Shown here: positions 37,356 through 46,673 of the stretch, piece after piece | Numbering within the stretch: the stretch's first letter is position 1 | Layout of the letters: each line of letters begins with the position of its first letter | Assembly: GCA_039802605.1 (NCBI GenBank) | Contig: JBDRWW010000001.1 | Coordinates: 128,001 to 192,000 of the forward strand | DNA: 64,000 nucleotides | Source of the DNA: a candidate division WOR-3 bacterium | GTDB lineage: Bacteria > Hydrothermota > Hydrothermia > LBFQ01 | Direction of reading: 5' to 3' | Program-made: the position numbers and the translations under genes | Notes under the pieces: generated by a model | The model's database searches: none | Told to the model about the DNA's origin: nothing | What the model saw: only the letters and a program-made list of their open reading frames with translations

Positions 37356-37783
37356 TAACCGAAAACAAAAAGGCTTATCACGATTACGAGATAGAGGAAA
37401 CCTTTGAAGCGGGTATAGTTTTGGAGGGAAGTGAGGTTAAATCCGTAAAAATGGGAAAGGTTAGTATATCCGAAGCGTTTATACATCCAAAGGATGGCGA
37501 ATTATTCATATACAACATGCACATAGCACCTTATACAAAATCCAATGTTTTCACCCCAGATCCCAAAAGGCCGAGAAAATTGCTTTTACACAGAAGGGAG
37601 ATAGATAAAATAATAGGTAGGATAACCATAAGGGGATATACCGCCATACCCCTAAAAGTAATAGTTAAAAGGGGATGGGTTAAGGTTATTATAGCATTGG
37701 CAAAGGGTAGAAAGAAATACGAAAAGAAAGAACTTATTAAGCAAAGGGATATAGAAAGGGCTATGAGAAGGGGTGAATATTAA
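37337..37783 (+). CDS. smpB: SsrA-binding protein
   Basis: NKKAYHDY, EAGIVLEGSEVKS, RKLLLHRREI, GRKKYEK. Confidence 0.97.
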   Translation: MAYEKVITENKKAYHDYEIEETFEAGIVLEGSEVKSVKMGKVSISEAFIHPKDGELFIYNMHIAPYTKSNVFTPDPKRPRKLLLHRREIDKIIGRITIRGYTAIPLKVIVKRGWVKVIIALAKGRKKYEKKELIKQRDIERAMRRGEY

Positions 37784-37805
37784 ACCGCTATAAAATCCCA
37801 AGAAT

Positions 37806-38285
37806 ATGAAGAAATTGTGGGCTCCTTGGAGGTTTAAGTTCATCTTACATGTGGATAAAAGCGAATGTATATTTTGCACAAAGCCAAAAGAAGAAGACGA
37901 TAAGGCTTATATACTATTCAGGGGAAAGCACAACTTTGTTATATTGAACATATTCCCCTATAACTCCGGGCATGTGATGATAGCCCCGTATTCCCACAAA
38001 TCAACGCCCGAACTTTTAAGCGAAGAAGAATATAATGAAATGTTCAAATTATTACAGGTTTCCATAACGAATATCAAAAGGGCTTATAATCCCGACGGTT
38101 TTAACATAGGGTTTAACATAGGGAGGGTTGCCGGTGCGGGGTATGAAGGTCATATACACCTTCACATAGTCCCTAGGTGGAACGGGGATACAAACTTTAT
38201 GCCCATAATAGGGGATGTAAAGGTAATATCTCAGGGAATAGAGGAAACATATAAAACCCTAAAACCCCTTTTTGAGCGGCTTTAA
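37806..38285 (+). CDS. HIT family hydrolase
   Basis: LWAPWR, CIFC, PYNSGH, HIHLHIVPRW. Confidence 0.93.
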   Translation: MKKLWAPWRFKFILHVDKSECIFCTKPKEEDDKAYILFRGKHNFVILNIFPYNSGHVMIAPYSHKSTPELLSEEEYNEMFKLLQVSITNIKRAYNPDGFNIGFNIGRVAGAGYEGHIHLHIVPRWNGDTNFMPIIGDVKVISQGIEETYKTLKPLFERL

Positions 38286-38296
38286 AATATATAGTT

Positions 38297-38941
38297 ATGC
38301 GAATAAAGGTTTTGGGTATTAACGGTTCTGCGAGGAGAAACGGTTGGACGGCAAAGTTTTTAAAGAGGGCTTTAATATTTTCCCAAAGGGCGGGTGCGGA
38401 AATTAAGTTAATAAACCTAGTTGATTACCCAATGAACTATTGTGCCGGTAATTACAGTGAACACCCGGCATTATGTCATTTGGAGAATTGCATTAAGGAT
38501 AAAATTGGGGATGCATTTGGTTCTTTGGTATGGGATATTTTGGAATCGGAGGCCATAATCTTTGCATCTCCCGTATATTGGTATTCCCCATCCGCACTTT
38601 TAAAAACATTAATAGAAAGATTGACATCCTTAGAGAACCAGAACGAGTTTATGCTTAGGGGTAAGGTTGCGGGTGTAATAGTTATCGCTGAAGAGGATGG
38701 GGGTATGCAGGTGGGTTCGCAAATCCTATCCGCACTAACCCAAATGGGTTTTATAATTCCCCCCTTGGGTGTGGTATACGCGCATAGGTTGTGGAGGGGG
38801 GATAGGATACACGAGGCGCTGGAGGATGCCGCAATGTTGGGGGTTAATGTGGTTAAACTCGCGGAAATGGTATCAAAACAGGATTGGGATTGGATAGAGG
38901 GTTGGAGGAAGTTCGCAAAGTCAAAAATCAAACGGTCTTGA
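38297..38941 (+). CDS. Flavodoxin-family / iron-sulfur flavoprotein-like protein
   Basis: INGSAR..GWT, FASPVYW, LRGKVAG. Confidence 0.85.
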   Translation: MRIKVLGINGSARRNGWTAKFLKRALIFSQRAGAEIKLINLVDYPMNYCAGNYSEHPALCHLENCIKDKIGDAFGSLVWDILESEAIIFASPVYWYSPSALLKTLIERLTSLENQNEFMLRGKVAGVIVIAEEDGGMQVGSQILSALTQMGFIIPPLGVVYAHRLWRGDRIHEALEDAAMLGVNVVKLAEMVSKQDWDWIEGWRKFAKSKIKRS

Positions 38942-39552
38942 AGGTAAAGATCGCGCCTTCAATAATAGCGGCAAATTGGGTTGATATATATTCCGATGTT
39001 GAGAGGGCAAAAAGGGGAGATTTTATACATGTTGATATAATGGATGGGCATTTCGTTCCGAATCTAACATTGGGCCCGGATATAGCAAAGGCGATCCATA
39101 AATTGAGTAATAAGCCCTTGGATATACATTTAATGCTTGAAAGGCCGGATAAATATATAGAACGGTTTGTATTTGAAGGGGTTTTTAGAATAACTTTTCA
39201 TTACGAGAGTTATGCGATATTGACGCAAACAATAAACACTATAAAGGATTTCGGATTAAAGGTTGGTATAGCCATATCCCCTGATACTCCTGTAAATAGG
39301 ATTATAAAGGTTTTGCCGGAAATAGATCAGGTATTGGTTATGACGGTTTATCCGGGATTTTCCGGCCAGAAACTCTTAGAGTGGGTTATATCAAAAATAT
39401 ACGAACTGGACGATTTGAGGAAAAAATACGGTTTAGAATTTACAATAACCGCGGATGGGGGTATAAATTACACAAATCTGGAAAAATTGGGACCAGTTGA
39501 TGAAGTGATAATGGGGGCGGGGTTTTTCACCCCACCCCAAAGGGTTATTTGA
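38938..39552 (+). CDS. rpe: Ribulose-phosphate 3-epimerase
   Basis: IAPSI, HVDIMDGHFVPN, DIHLM, MTVYPGFSGQ, DGG; probable TTG start overlapping the upstream TGA. Confidence 0.95.
   Translation: MKVKIAPSIIAANWVDIYSDVERAKRGDFIHVDIMDGHFVPNLTLGPDIAKAIHKLSNKPLDIHLMLERPDKYIERFVFEGVFRITFHYESYAILTQTINTIKDFGLKVGIAISPDTPVNRIIKVLPEIDQVLVMTVYPGFSGQKLLEWVISKIYELDDLRKKYGLEFTITADGGINYTNLEKLGPVDEVIMGAGFFTPPQRVI
39514..39538 (-). terminator. GC-rich hairpin just past the hsp20 stop, inside the rpe 3' end
   Basis: Minus strand GGGGTGGGGT-GAAAA-ACCCCGCCCC; poor U-tract. Confidence 0.5.
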
Positions 39553-39982
39553 TCGGTATTTCCTTGGCTTTGGCCTTTTCAGTTTTGGGTATTTCTATGG
39601 TTAAAACCCCGTTTTCCAACTTCGCGGATATCTTATCGGGCTCCACATTGGAAGGCAATTGTATAGATCTTTGGAAAGAACCGTATAGGATTTCCCTCCT
39701 GTAATATTGGGCTTCCCTCTCCTCCTTTTCCTCTTTCCTCTCGCCCGATATGGTTAGGACATTATCAGAGACTTCAAGTTTTAGGTCTTCCTTTTTGACA
39801 CCCGGAACATCCACTTTGAGGATGTACTTATCGGGGAGTTCCTTTACCTCTATGGCCGGAGCCCAAGCGAATTCCCTATCAAGCCTCCTCTCGCTTATAA
39901 ATGCATCAAACAGCCTCTCCATCTCCCTCCTCAAATTCTCCAATTCCTTAAAAGGATCCCAGCGAACGATTTCCCTTGCCAT
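39545..39982 (-). CDS. Hsp20/alpha-crystallin small heat-shock protein
   Basis: WDPF, DVPGVKKED, YGSFQRS, ENGVLTI; AGGAGGTG SD. Confidence 0.96.
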   Translation of the reverse strand: MAREIVRWDPFKELENLRREMERLFDAFISERRLDREFAWAPAIEVKELPDKYILKVDVPGVKKEDLKLEVSDNVLTISGERKEEKEEREAQYYRREILYGSFQRSIQLPSNVEPDKISAKLENGVLTIEIPKTEKAKAKEIPIK

Positions 39983-40018
39983 GGCTTCACCTCCTTTTTA
40001 ACTTATGTTAACCACTCA

Positions 40019-40047
40019 ATTATGCCACAAAATTATTGCTTTGTCAA
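40019..40047 (-). promoter_or_regulatory. Sigma70 promoter of hsp20
   Basis: TTGACA-17nt-CATAAT with extended TG. Confidence 0.75.
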
Positions 40048-40064
40048 GTATGCGTTTTAACTTC

Positions 40065-40093
40065 TTGACTACAAAAATTTCCAACCTTAAAAT
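40065..40093 (+). promoter_or_regulatory. Sigma70 promoter of the 40103 gene
   Basis: TTGACT-17nt-TAAAAT, 9 nt before ATG. Confidence 0.75.
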
Positions 40094-40102
40094 TTTCGGC
40101 GT

Positions 40103-40870
40103 ATGATGTGGATAGTATTACTTTCGCAAAAGCCGGCCGTAGAGCCAATAGGGGTAAAAGATAGCACGGTGAAGGATGTGTATGACAAGGGGGAGATAGA
40201 CTGGACGCATGGGTTCATAAGGGCAAAGGGATACGGGTTCATAGACCCCAATAAACCCAAAGGTCAGGCCAAACTCCTTGCGGAAAGGGCCGCGGTTGTG
40301 GATGCCCGGAGGAATCTACTGGAAATCGTTAAGGGTGTTCATATAACCTCCGAGACGGTGGTTGAGGATTATATGGTTTCCAGCGATATAGTCGTTCAGA
40401 GGGTTGAGGGTCTGGTTAAAGACGCCAAGGTAATCGGAAAACCGAAGTACTATGAAGATGGAAGGGTTGAAGTTTGGGTTGAGATGAAACTGGATAACTT
40501 GGCCAAGACATTGCCCACAAAACCTTCCGTTAGCGAACCCCAAGAGAAACCCGAAGAAGGCGGTGTTATAATAAAAACCCCTGAGGGTACCAAGGCTTGC
40601 ATGTATCCAAGGATTCTTGATGAAAACGGCAATGTTTTGTTTGATGCTTCCCAATACCCGGAGGCAAAGGATATGTGGAGTAAGGCTATAAAATATGTGA
40701 AGGGTAAGGTTTCAACTCTACCCGGAGGTTCCATGGTTATAGAAGCATCGGAAACCAAAGGGTGTGATATAATCGTTAAAAAGGAGGATTTGGATAAGGT
40801 GAGCAAACTCAAAAAGTGGGGTTCATACATCCTCAAAGCCGGAAAGCTCATCATCAACCTTGTAATGTGA
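40103..40870 (+). CDS. LPP20-like exported protein
   Basis: IDW..G.I.AKG, AERAAVVDARRNLLE.VKGV..TSET. Confidence 0.75.
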   Translation: MMWIVLLSQKPAVEPIGVKDSTVKDVYDKGEIDWTHGFIRAKGYGFIDPNKPKGQAKLLAERAAVVDARRNLLEIVKGVHITSETVVEDYMVSSDIVVQRVEGLVKDAKVIGKPKYYEDGRVEVWVEMKLDNLAKTLPTKPSVSEPQEKPEEGGVIIKTPEGTKACMYPRILDENGNVLFDASQYPEAKDMWSKAIKYVKGKVSTLPGGSMVIEASETKGCDIIVKKEDLDKVSKLKKWGSYILKAGKLIINLVM

Positions 40871-40890
40871 TACTATATAAACATCCATAT

Positions 40891-40917
40891 GGCCCCCATC
40901 TCTGGGGGCTTATTTTT
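40891..40917 (+). terminator. Intrinsic terminator
   Basis: GCCCCCA-TCTC-TGGGGGC followed by TTATTTTT. Confidence 0.85.
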
Positions 40918-41011
40918 GTTAATTGTGAAAAGATTGACGCATCTTTATAACATCGTAAGGGGGTGTATAAAATGCTAACCAAACCCACAAACCTATTTCC
41001 ACCAGGTTATA

Positions 41012-41029
41012 AAACCCTTTCAAGGGTTT
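41012..41029 (-). terminator. Possible weak hairpin terminator at the mutS stop
   Basis: AAACCCTT-TC-AAGGGTTT inverted repeat. Confidence 0.4.
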
Positions 41030-43481
41030 ATCCTTTATTAGGATCCAAAATCCTCTTTATTTCGTAGAGTATGTCCAATGCGTCCTTTGGAGAAAGGGCA
41101 TCAACATTTAAGCCCTTTAAATACTCAACCAATTCTCCGCCTTCCGAAGAAGTTTTTATAAGAAACTCCCTTTCAAATTTCTCTTGCAATTCCTTTGCCC
41201 TAGCCACAACATCTTCCGGTATTCCCGCAAGTTTTGCGACATATATACCATAACTTTTGTCCGCACTGCCGGGCATAACCTTGTATAAAAACCTTATAGT
41301 GTTTTCCTCTTCTTCTACCTTTACGGTTAGGTTAAAGGCGTTATCGTGATCGGATGCCAATTTCGATAGTTCAATATAATGCGTGGCAAAAAGGGTTTTT
41401 GCCTTTATGTTGTTGAGTATATACTCGGAAACCGCCCATGCTATCGCAAGGCCGTCGTGCGTTGAGGTTCCCCTACCGATTTCATCCAAGAGTATTAAAC
41501 TGTTTTTTGTAGCGGTGTTTAGAATATTGGCCACCTCCTGCATTTCCGCCATAAAGGTTGATATTCCCCTAGTTAAATCGTCGGAGGCCCCTATTCTCGT
41601 AAAAACCCTATCAAGCAGTGGTATTTTTGCATAATCCGCTGGGACAAAACAACCCATATGTGCCATAAGGCATATAATTCCCACTTGTCTGAGATATGTT
41701 GATTTCCCGCCCATATTTGGACCGGTTATCAGGGCAAAAAACTTGTTTTCGTCGAGGTATGTATCGTTTGGTACAAAAACCGTATCCATGAAGCCCTCAA
41801 CGGTTGGATGCCTCCCGTTTTTTATTTCCAGAGCATAACCTTTATAAACTTCGGGTTTCGTATATCTAAACTTTTTTGACACTTTTGCAAAGGATAGGGT
41901 TAGATCTATCTCGGCTATCTTTGAGGATACCATCTTTATATCCTTTGAAAACTTCAAAATTTCTGATAGGAGGTTTTTATAGATTTCCCTTTCCAACCTT
42001 ATGGCCTTTTCTTTTGATGCTATGATTTTGTCTTCCAAGGATTGCAATTCATCCGTTGTAAATCTCTCAACATTTGTTAATGTTTGCTTCCTATGATAAT
42101 ATTCCGGAACATTCTTCGCCTGACCCCTGCTAACCTCTATGTAATATCCAAATACCGAATTATACCCTATGCGCAGGTTCGTTATACCCGTCCTTCTCCT
42201 TTCTTCCTCCTCTAACTTTTTCAGCATACCCTCCGCATTCCTTTGAATGTTCCTCAATTCATCCAAATTCTTATCAACACCATCCCTTATATACCCACCG
42301 TCAGAAATGTTTGCCGGTGGGTCTTCAACTAGGGTGTTTTCAATCCTTTCGCAGATATTCTCCAATTCGGGGTTAAAATTAACCTTCAAAACTTTTAAGA
42401 TTTTTAAAGCGTTTCTTAACGATTTTGAAAACCTTAAAAGGTTTTTTGGAACTATTTTACCCGAAGAGATCCTTGAAAGGTCCCTTTCAAAGTCGTAAAC
42501 CCCTTTAAGGTTTTCCTCAACAATCTGGGCTATATTTGTATTGTTTAAAAAGAATTCAACCCTCCTCAAACGGGTTTGTATTTGTTCAATGCGGGCAAAA
42601 GGGTGTAAAACGGTAAATTTTAAAAGCCTTTTACCCATAGGGGTTAAGCAATGGTTCAGTAGTGTATAAAGCGACCTTTCTCCCAAAAGGCCAAGGGTTT
42701 CAACGGTTCTTTTGTCAAGGGGGATGTACTCGTTTAAAGGGTATTCAACCGGTGGTTGTAAATGCCCTATACTATCACCCTTTTTTTCCCGCAAATATCC
42801 CAACGCTCCACCCAAAACGCTTAAAACCAAAGGTGGATAGTTTCCAGTAATATTAAAAATTTCCCGCATTAATCTATACCCGTTTTTCGTTGAAAATGTC
42901 TCAATATCCCTATAAGTTTTCGCCACATTTATATCCACATCTACCCCTTTGGGTAAAACAATTTCCCTTATGTTTAACCTCCGCATTTCCTCCAAAACCT
43001 CTTCCTTTTTACCGAGGATGTAATAAATATCGCCGGTTGAAACATCAATAAGGCAGGTTGCCGCCTCACCCATAGCCTCGTTATAAGAGGCCAAATACTG
43101 GTTTGTATCCTCGGGTAAAAGGGTTTCGGATATTATAGTGCCCGGTGTAATAACTTCCGTTACAACCCTTTTTAAAAGGGTTTTACTCTCCTTTTCTTCG
43201 GTCTGGTCGCATATGGCAACCTTATAACCCGCCTCTAAAAGCTTGTTTATGTATATATCGGCGGACTTAACGGGAATACCCGCCATAGGCACCCTTATGT
43301 TTTTACCCATGGGCCTGCTGGTTAAAACTATACCCAAGACCTTTGAGACTATCTCGGCATCTTCAAAAAAAGTCTCGTAAAAATCTCCCAAATGAAACAA
43401 TAAAATCTCCTCCGGATACTGGCTTTTTATCTTTTTATACTGTTCAAGCAGGGGTGTATCATTTTGCCTCTTCATAATCAA
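41028..43481 (-). CDS. mutS: DNA mismatch repair protein MutS
   Basis: GDFYETF, TGPNMGGKST, STFMAEM, DEIGRGTST, SYGIYVAKLAG. Confidence 0.97.
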   Translation of the reverse strand: MIMKRQNDTPLLEQYKKIKSQYPEEILLFHLGDFYETFFEDAEIVSKVLGIVLTSRPMGKNIRVPMAGIPVKSADIYINKLLEAGYKVAICDQTEEKESKTLLKRVVTEVITPGTIISETLLPEDTNQYLASYNEAMGEAATCLIDVSTGDIYYILGKKEEVLEEMRRLNIREIVLPKGVDVDINVAKTYRDIETFSTKNGYRLMREIFNITGNYPPLVLSVLGGALGYLREKKGDSIGHLQPPVEYPLNEYIPLDKRTVETLGLLGERSLYTLLNHCLTPMGKRLLKFTVLHPFARIEQIQTRLRRVEFFLNNTNIAQIVEENLKGVYDFERDLSRISSGKIVPKNLLRFSKSLRNALKILKVLKVNFNPELENICERIENTLVEDPPANISDGGYIRDGVDKNLDELRNIQRNAEGMLKKLEEEERRRTGITNLRIGYNSVFGYYIEVSRGQAKNVPEYYHRKQTLTNVERFTTDELQSLEDKIIASKEKAIRLEREIYKNLLSEILKFSKDIKMVSSKIAEIDLTLSFAKVSKKFRYTKPEVYKGYALEIKNGRHPTVEGFMDTVFVPNDTYLDENKFFALITGPNMGGKSTYLRQVGIICLMAHMGCFVPADYAKIPLLDRVFTRIGASDDLTRGISTFMAEMQEVANILNTATKNSLILLDEIGRGTSTHDGLAIAWAVSEYILNNIKAKTLFATHYIELSKLASDHDNAFNLTVKVEEEENTIRFLYKVMPGSADKSYGIYVAKLAGIPEDVVARAKELQEKFEREFLIKTSSEGGELVEYLKGLNVDALSPKDALDILYEIKRILDPNKG

Positions 43482-44215
43482 AACTCCAACCTTTTAAAAA
43501 TCCACTCCGGAATTGCCCTAACAACTAGCATTATAAACCGCCAATAATAAGGCGTATATACCACATCCTTACCCCTTTTTATGGCCTTGAATATGTCCTT
43601 TGCCACCCTTTCGGGTGTGGACAATAAGGGTTTTGGTATATCCAAGTCCTTTGTCATAGGTGTATCCACAAAACCGGGTTTTATGGTTATAACCCCTACC
43701 CCTTTTTTGAACATCTTAGCCCTTAAACCGCTTAGGTATTGCGTAAGGCCGGCCTTTGCGCTTCCATATACAAAATTTTTAGCCCTACCCCTATCACCCG
43801 CAACGGAAGATATAGCCACTATTGTCCCCTTGCCCCTCCGCTCCATATAATCCGCTATTATGTTGATTATTGAAATTGCGCCCAAATAATTCGTTTCAAC
43901 GATTTTACGGGCTTCGGAAAAATCCTTTAAAGCCTTATCGTTATTCCCCAAGTATCCAAAGGATATTACCGCTACATCAACATCCCCGAAATCCTTTAAA
44001 ACATTGTCCCAAAAACCCTTATGGCTTTCGTAATCGGTAGCATCAAACTCCCCGAATTTAATATCCTTACCGTATTTCAAACGCAAATCCTTCGCAACCC
44101 TTTCCAACTCCTCTATATTTCTACTTGCCAAAAATACATCCCAACCTTCTTTTAACATCTCAACGGCCAAAGCCCTCGCAATAAAAGAGTTTGCACCCAA
44201 AATAACAACCTTCAA
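43478..44215 (-). CDS. Short-chain dehydrogenase (DprE2-like subgroup)
   Basis: GANSFIA, SSVAGDRGR, YGSAK, KPGFVDTPMT. Confidence 0.88.
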   Translation of the reverse strand: MKVVILGANSFIARALAVEMLKEGWDVFLASRNIEELERVAKDLRLKYGKDIKFGEFDATDYESHKGFWDNVLKDFGDVDVAVISFGYLGNNDKALKDFSEARKIVETNYLGAISIINIIADYMERRGKGTIVAISSVAGDRGRAKNFVYGSAKAGLTQYLSGLRAKMFKKGVGVITIKPGFVDTPMTKDLDIPKPLLSTPERVAKDIFKAIKRGKDVVYTPYYWRFIMLVVRAIPEWIFKRLEF

Positions 44216-44233
44216 CCTATCATTTTAAACCCG

Positions 44234-44710
44234 TTAAACTTTTTCCGCACTTATCTTTTGTCCCCCTTCCCTCAAACCCTCGGGATAGTACCAATTCCGA
44301 AGTTTCCCAAATCCCGATTCCAAAAGAACCCTACCCATTCTGCTTTCCGAAGGGTCTCCATCCCTTTTTAGGGCATTAAATGTTTGCGTATCCTCGTAAT
44401 ATTCCACATATAACCTTCCACCCTTTGGTAGGAATTCGTAAAACCTTTTAAACATTTCCCTTTCGATTTTACTGCCGAAAAAACTATAACCGCAAGGTTT
44501 GGGATTTATGGAAAATACTTCAACCCAAGGCTTATAGTAATCGTATCCGAGAAATACTTTTACAAAACACAGGAAATCTTCACGGTTGCCCTTTTTCAAA
44601 AAAACCGTTATGTTTTTTTCCCATTTAAACCTTCCTTCATCAACCTTTTTTATATAGATTTTGTACCCGTCCGCTTCAAAGTTCAGGTCTAAGCCTTCCA
44701 AACTCACCAT
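44234..44710 (-). CDS. DUF1122 family protein
   Basis: YKPWVEVF, YVEY..D..T, RNWYYPEGLREGGQK. Confidence 0.8.
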   Translation of the reverse strand: MVSLEGLDLNFEADGYKIYIKKVDEGRFKWEKNITVFLKKGNREDFLCFVKVFLGYDYYKPWVEVFSINPKPCGYSFFGSKIEREMFKRFYEFLPKGGRLYVEYYEDTQTFNALKRDGDPSESRMGRVLLESGFGKLRNWYYPEGLREGGQKISAEKV

Positions 44711-46164
44711 ACCACAACAAGCCTATAGGTTTTTTCCAACCCCTTAACGAAATACACCCCCTGTGGTAGATAACCTTCAAACCTCTTACCCGAGAAAACC
44801 CTCCTCCCCCCAACATCAAATATATCCACACCTGACAAACCTTCTACAATAACTTTACCCTTACCCTTTACTATCCTTACACCACTCTCCGATACATTCC
44901 CCACAAAGGTTGGGGATGGTGTGGCCAAAAGGGCCCTGTAAGAGTTTATCAATCCATACCCATAAAACCAATCCTTCCCAAATTCGCCCATGTCTATTGC
45001 CGTCCCGGTGATTATACCCCTTACATCGGCGGGGGAAAGGTTTGGGTTCTTTGATAGGATTAAGGCCGCAAGACCACTAACATGCGGGGTTGCCATTGAT
45101 GTCCCCTCAAGGTATCCGTATGAACTTATAAAGGGCATCGTGGATAAAATCATTACCCCGGGTGCAACCACATCCAACTCCGGGCCATAATTGCTGAAAT
45201 AAGCCTTTTCTCCTAGTGTATCGATTGCTCCCACCGCCATACTGGCCCGATAAGCCGCCGGATAATCTACGCTCGAAGAACCGTCGTTTCCGGCCGCTGA
45301 AACTACCACAACCCCAGCGGTATCAACGGCGTAATTTACGGCACTTTCAAGTTCGCTTGAAGGCATCGGACCTCCAAGGCTCATATTTATAACTTTTGCT
45401 CCCGTATCCGCGCACCACCTTATACACTGGGATACCCAAGCGGTTGAACCCGTTCCGCTGTCGTTTAATGCCCTGCAAGAGAGTATCAAACTTTGGGCTA
45501 CACCCACAACGCCCAAACCGTTATTCATGACCGCCGCTATCGTCCCGGCTACATGCGTTCCGTGAAACTCCAAAGAATTAACCGGATACGGGTCGTTATC
45601 GCCATTAACCATATCCTTTCCATACCCATAATTTGGGGCCAAATCCTCGTGGTTGTAATCCACACCCTGATCTACCACGCAAACCTTTACACTCCTGCTA
45701 CCAACCGTTATATCCCAAGCCTTGTCGGCGTATATAACCCATAACCCCCATAACGAAGTGCCGAGATAGGGATCGTTGGGCCAGTATAAGGCTTTATACT
45801 TTAAATTCGGTTCGGCGAATTCAACATTCGGATCCGAATTGAGTTCGTCTAATAAACTTTTAACAAAATCCAAACTTTTCGCATACTCGGGTAATTCAAC
45901 GAGATATGAAGGGGAGTAATTTAAGGGTTTAACATTGAAGCCCTGCAAAACCCTGGGTAAGGTTTTCCCAGTTTTTAGTCTCAATATTATGCTTTTGCCA
46001 TCCCAGTTTCTCCAATAATCCGCAGAATCCTTATATAACTCGTACCACTTATGAACCACAAGGTTGGAATGGACTCTCCTGAAATGCTCCTTTAACATAT
46101 CAACCCTTGCAAAGTCTATCCTATCATCCACATAAGGCCTGAAAAAGGATAAAATTACTATCAT
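44704..46164 (-). CDS. S8 subtilisin/thermitase-like serine protease with T9SS-like CTD
   Basis: VVDQGVD, HGTHVAG, GTSMATPHV triad; C-terminal IFDVGGRRV..LPQGVYFV. Confidence 0.93.
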   Translation of the reverse strand: MIVILSFFRPYVDDRIDFARVDMLKEHFRRVHSNLVVHKWYELYKDSADYWRNWDGKSIILRLKTGKTLPRVLQGFNVKPLNYSPSYLVELPEYAKSLDFVKSLLDELNSDPNVEFAEPNLKYKALYWPNDPYLGTSLWGLWVIYADKAWDITVGSRSVKVCVVDQGVDYNHEDLAPNYGYGKDMVNGDNDPYPVNSLEFHGTHVAGTIAAVMNNGLGVVGVAQSLILSCRALNDSGTGSTAWVSQCIRWCADTGAKVINMSLGGPMPSSELESAVNYAVDTAGVVVVSAAGNDGSSSVDYPAAYRASMAVGAIDTLGEKAYFSNYGPELDVVAPGVMILSTMPFISSYGYLEGTSMATPHVSGLAALILSKNPNLSPADVRGIITGTAIDMGEFGKDWFYGYGLINSYRALLATPSPTFVGNVSESGVRIVKGKGKVIVEGLSGVDIFDVGGRRVFSGKRFEGYLPQGVYFVKGLEKTYRLVVVW

Positions 46165-46589
46165 CTCAACCCCCTTAGATAAGACCTAACCCAATATGTT
46201 TTTGAACTTATAAGCGCGGAATTCCCGACAACAACATAATAAACCCCCTTTGCCAATACCGGTGAATAGGAAACATCTGGAACCGCCTCAACATAACCGT
46301 TTAACTGGGCGCTTTCGCCGTTATCCCATTTTGCATAATTTACGCTGTCCGCCCAAAAGGCATAGCTTATATCACCATCACCCGTTTTAACCCTCGCTTC
46401 AAAGTAAAGGGTATCCCCGTCTTGGGCTTCAAACTTTATCCAAAAGTATGAGCGGGGACCTAAGGAAACCGTGCCGTGGTATAGGTCAATGCTTGTAGGC
46501 CTTCCCGATTGCTGAGGAGGGTGTTGTTCCTCCTCATTTTTACATCCCAAAATTGCGGCAAAAAGTATAAACATAACAAACAACCTCAT
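46161..46589 (-). CDS. Lipoprotein
   Basis: MRLFVMFILFAAILGC lipobox; TATAAT 9 nt upstream. Confidence 0.8.
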   Translation of the reverse strand: MRLFVMFILFAAILGCKNEEEQHPPQQSGRPTSIDLYHGTVSLGPRSYFWIKFEAQDGDTLYFEARVKTGDGDISYAFWADSVNYAKWDNGESAQLNGYVEAVPDVSYSPVLAKGVYYVVVGNSALISSKTYWVRSYLRGLR

Positions 46590-46673
46590 AAAGGTAATAT
46601 TATAACCCTGTTCTGTTAGAGGACTTGTATAACCGTATCCCACAAAAAACCCGACAAAATTATAATACCCTAT

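Noticed and set aside
37093..37805. tmRNA gene near smpB, or any tRNA or rRNA in the window
   Set aside because: No intergenic space and no tRNA-like ends recognised
39995..40030. CIRCE- or HAIR-like operator upstream of hsp20 (TTGAGTGGTTAA)
   Set aside because: Only a half-site resemblance; no matching second arm at the right spacing
40921..41067. CRP/Rex-like TTGTGAAAAGATTGACGC and a 31-codon ORF (40972-41067) with AAGGGGG upstream
   Set aside because: Poor second half-site; the ORF is short, featureless and runs antisense into mutS
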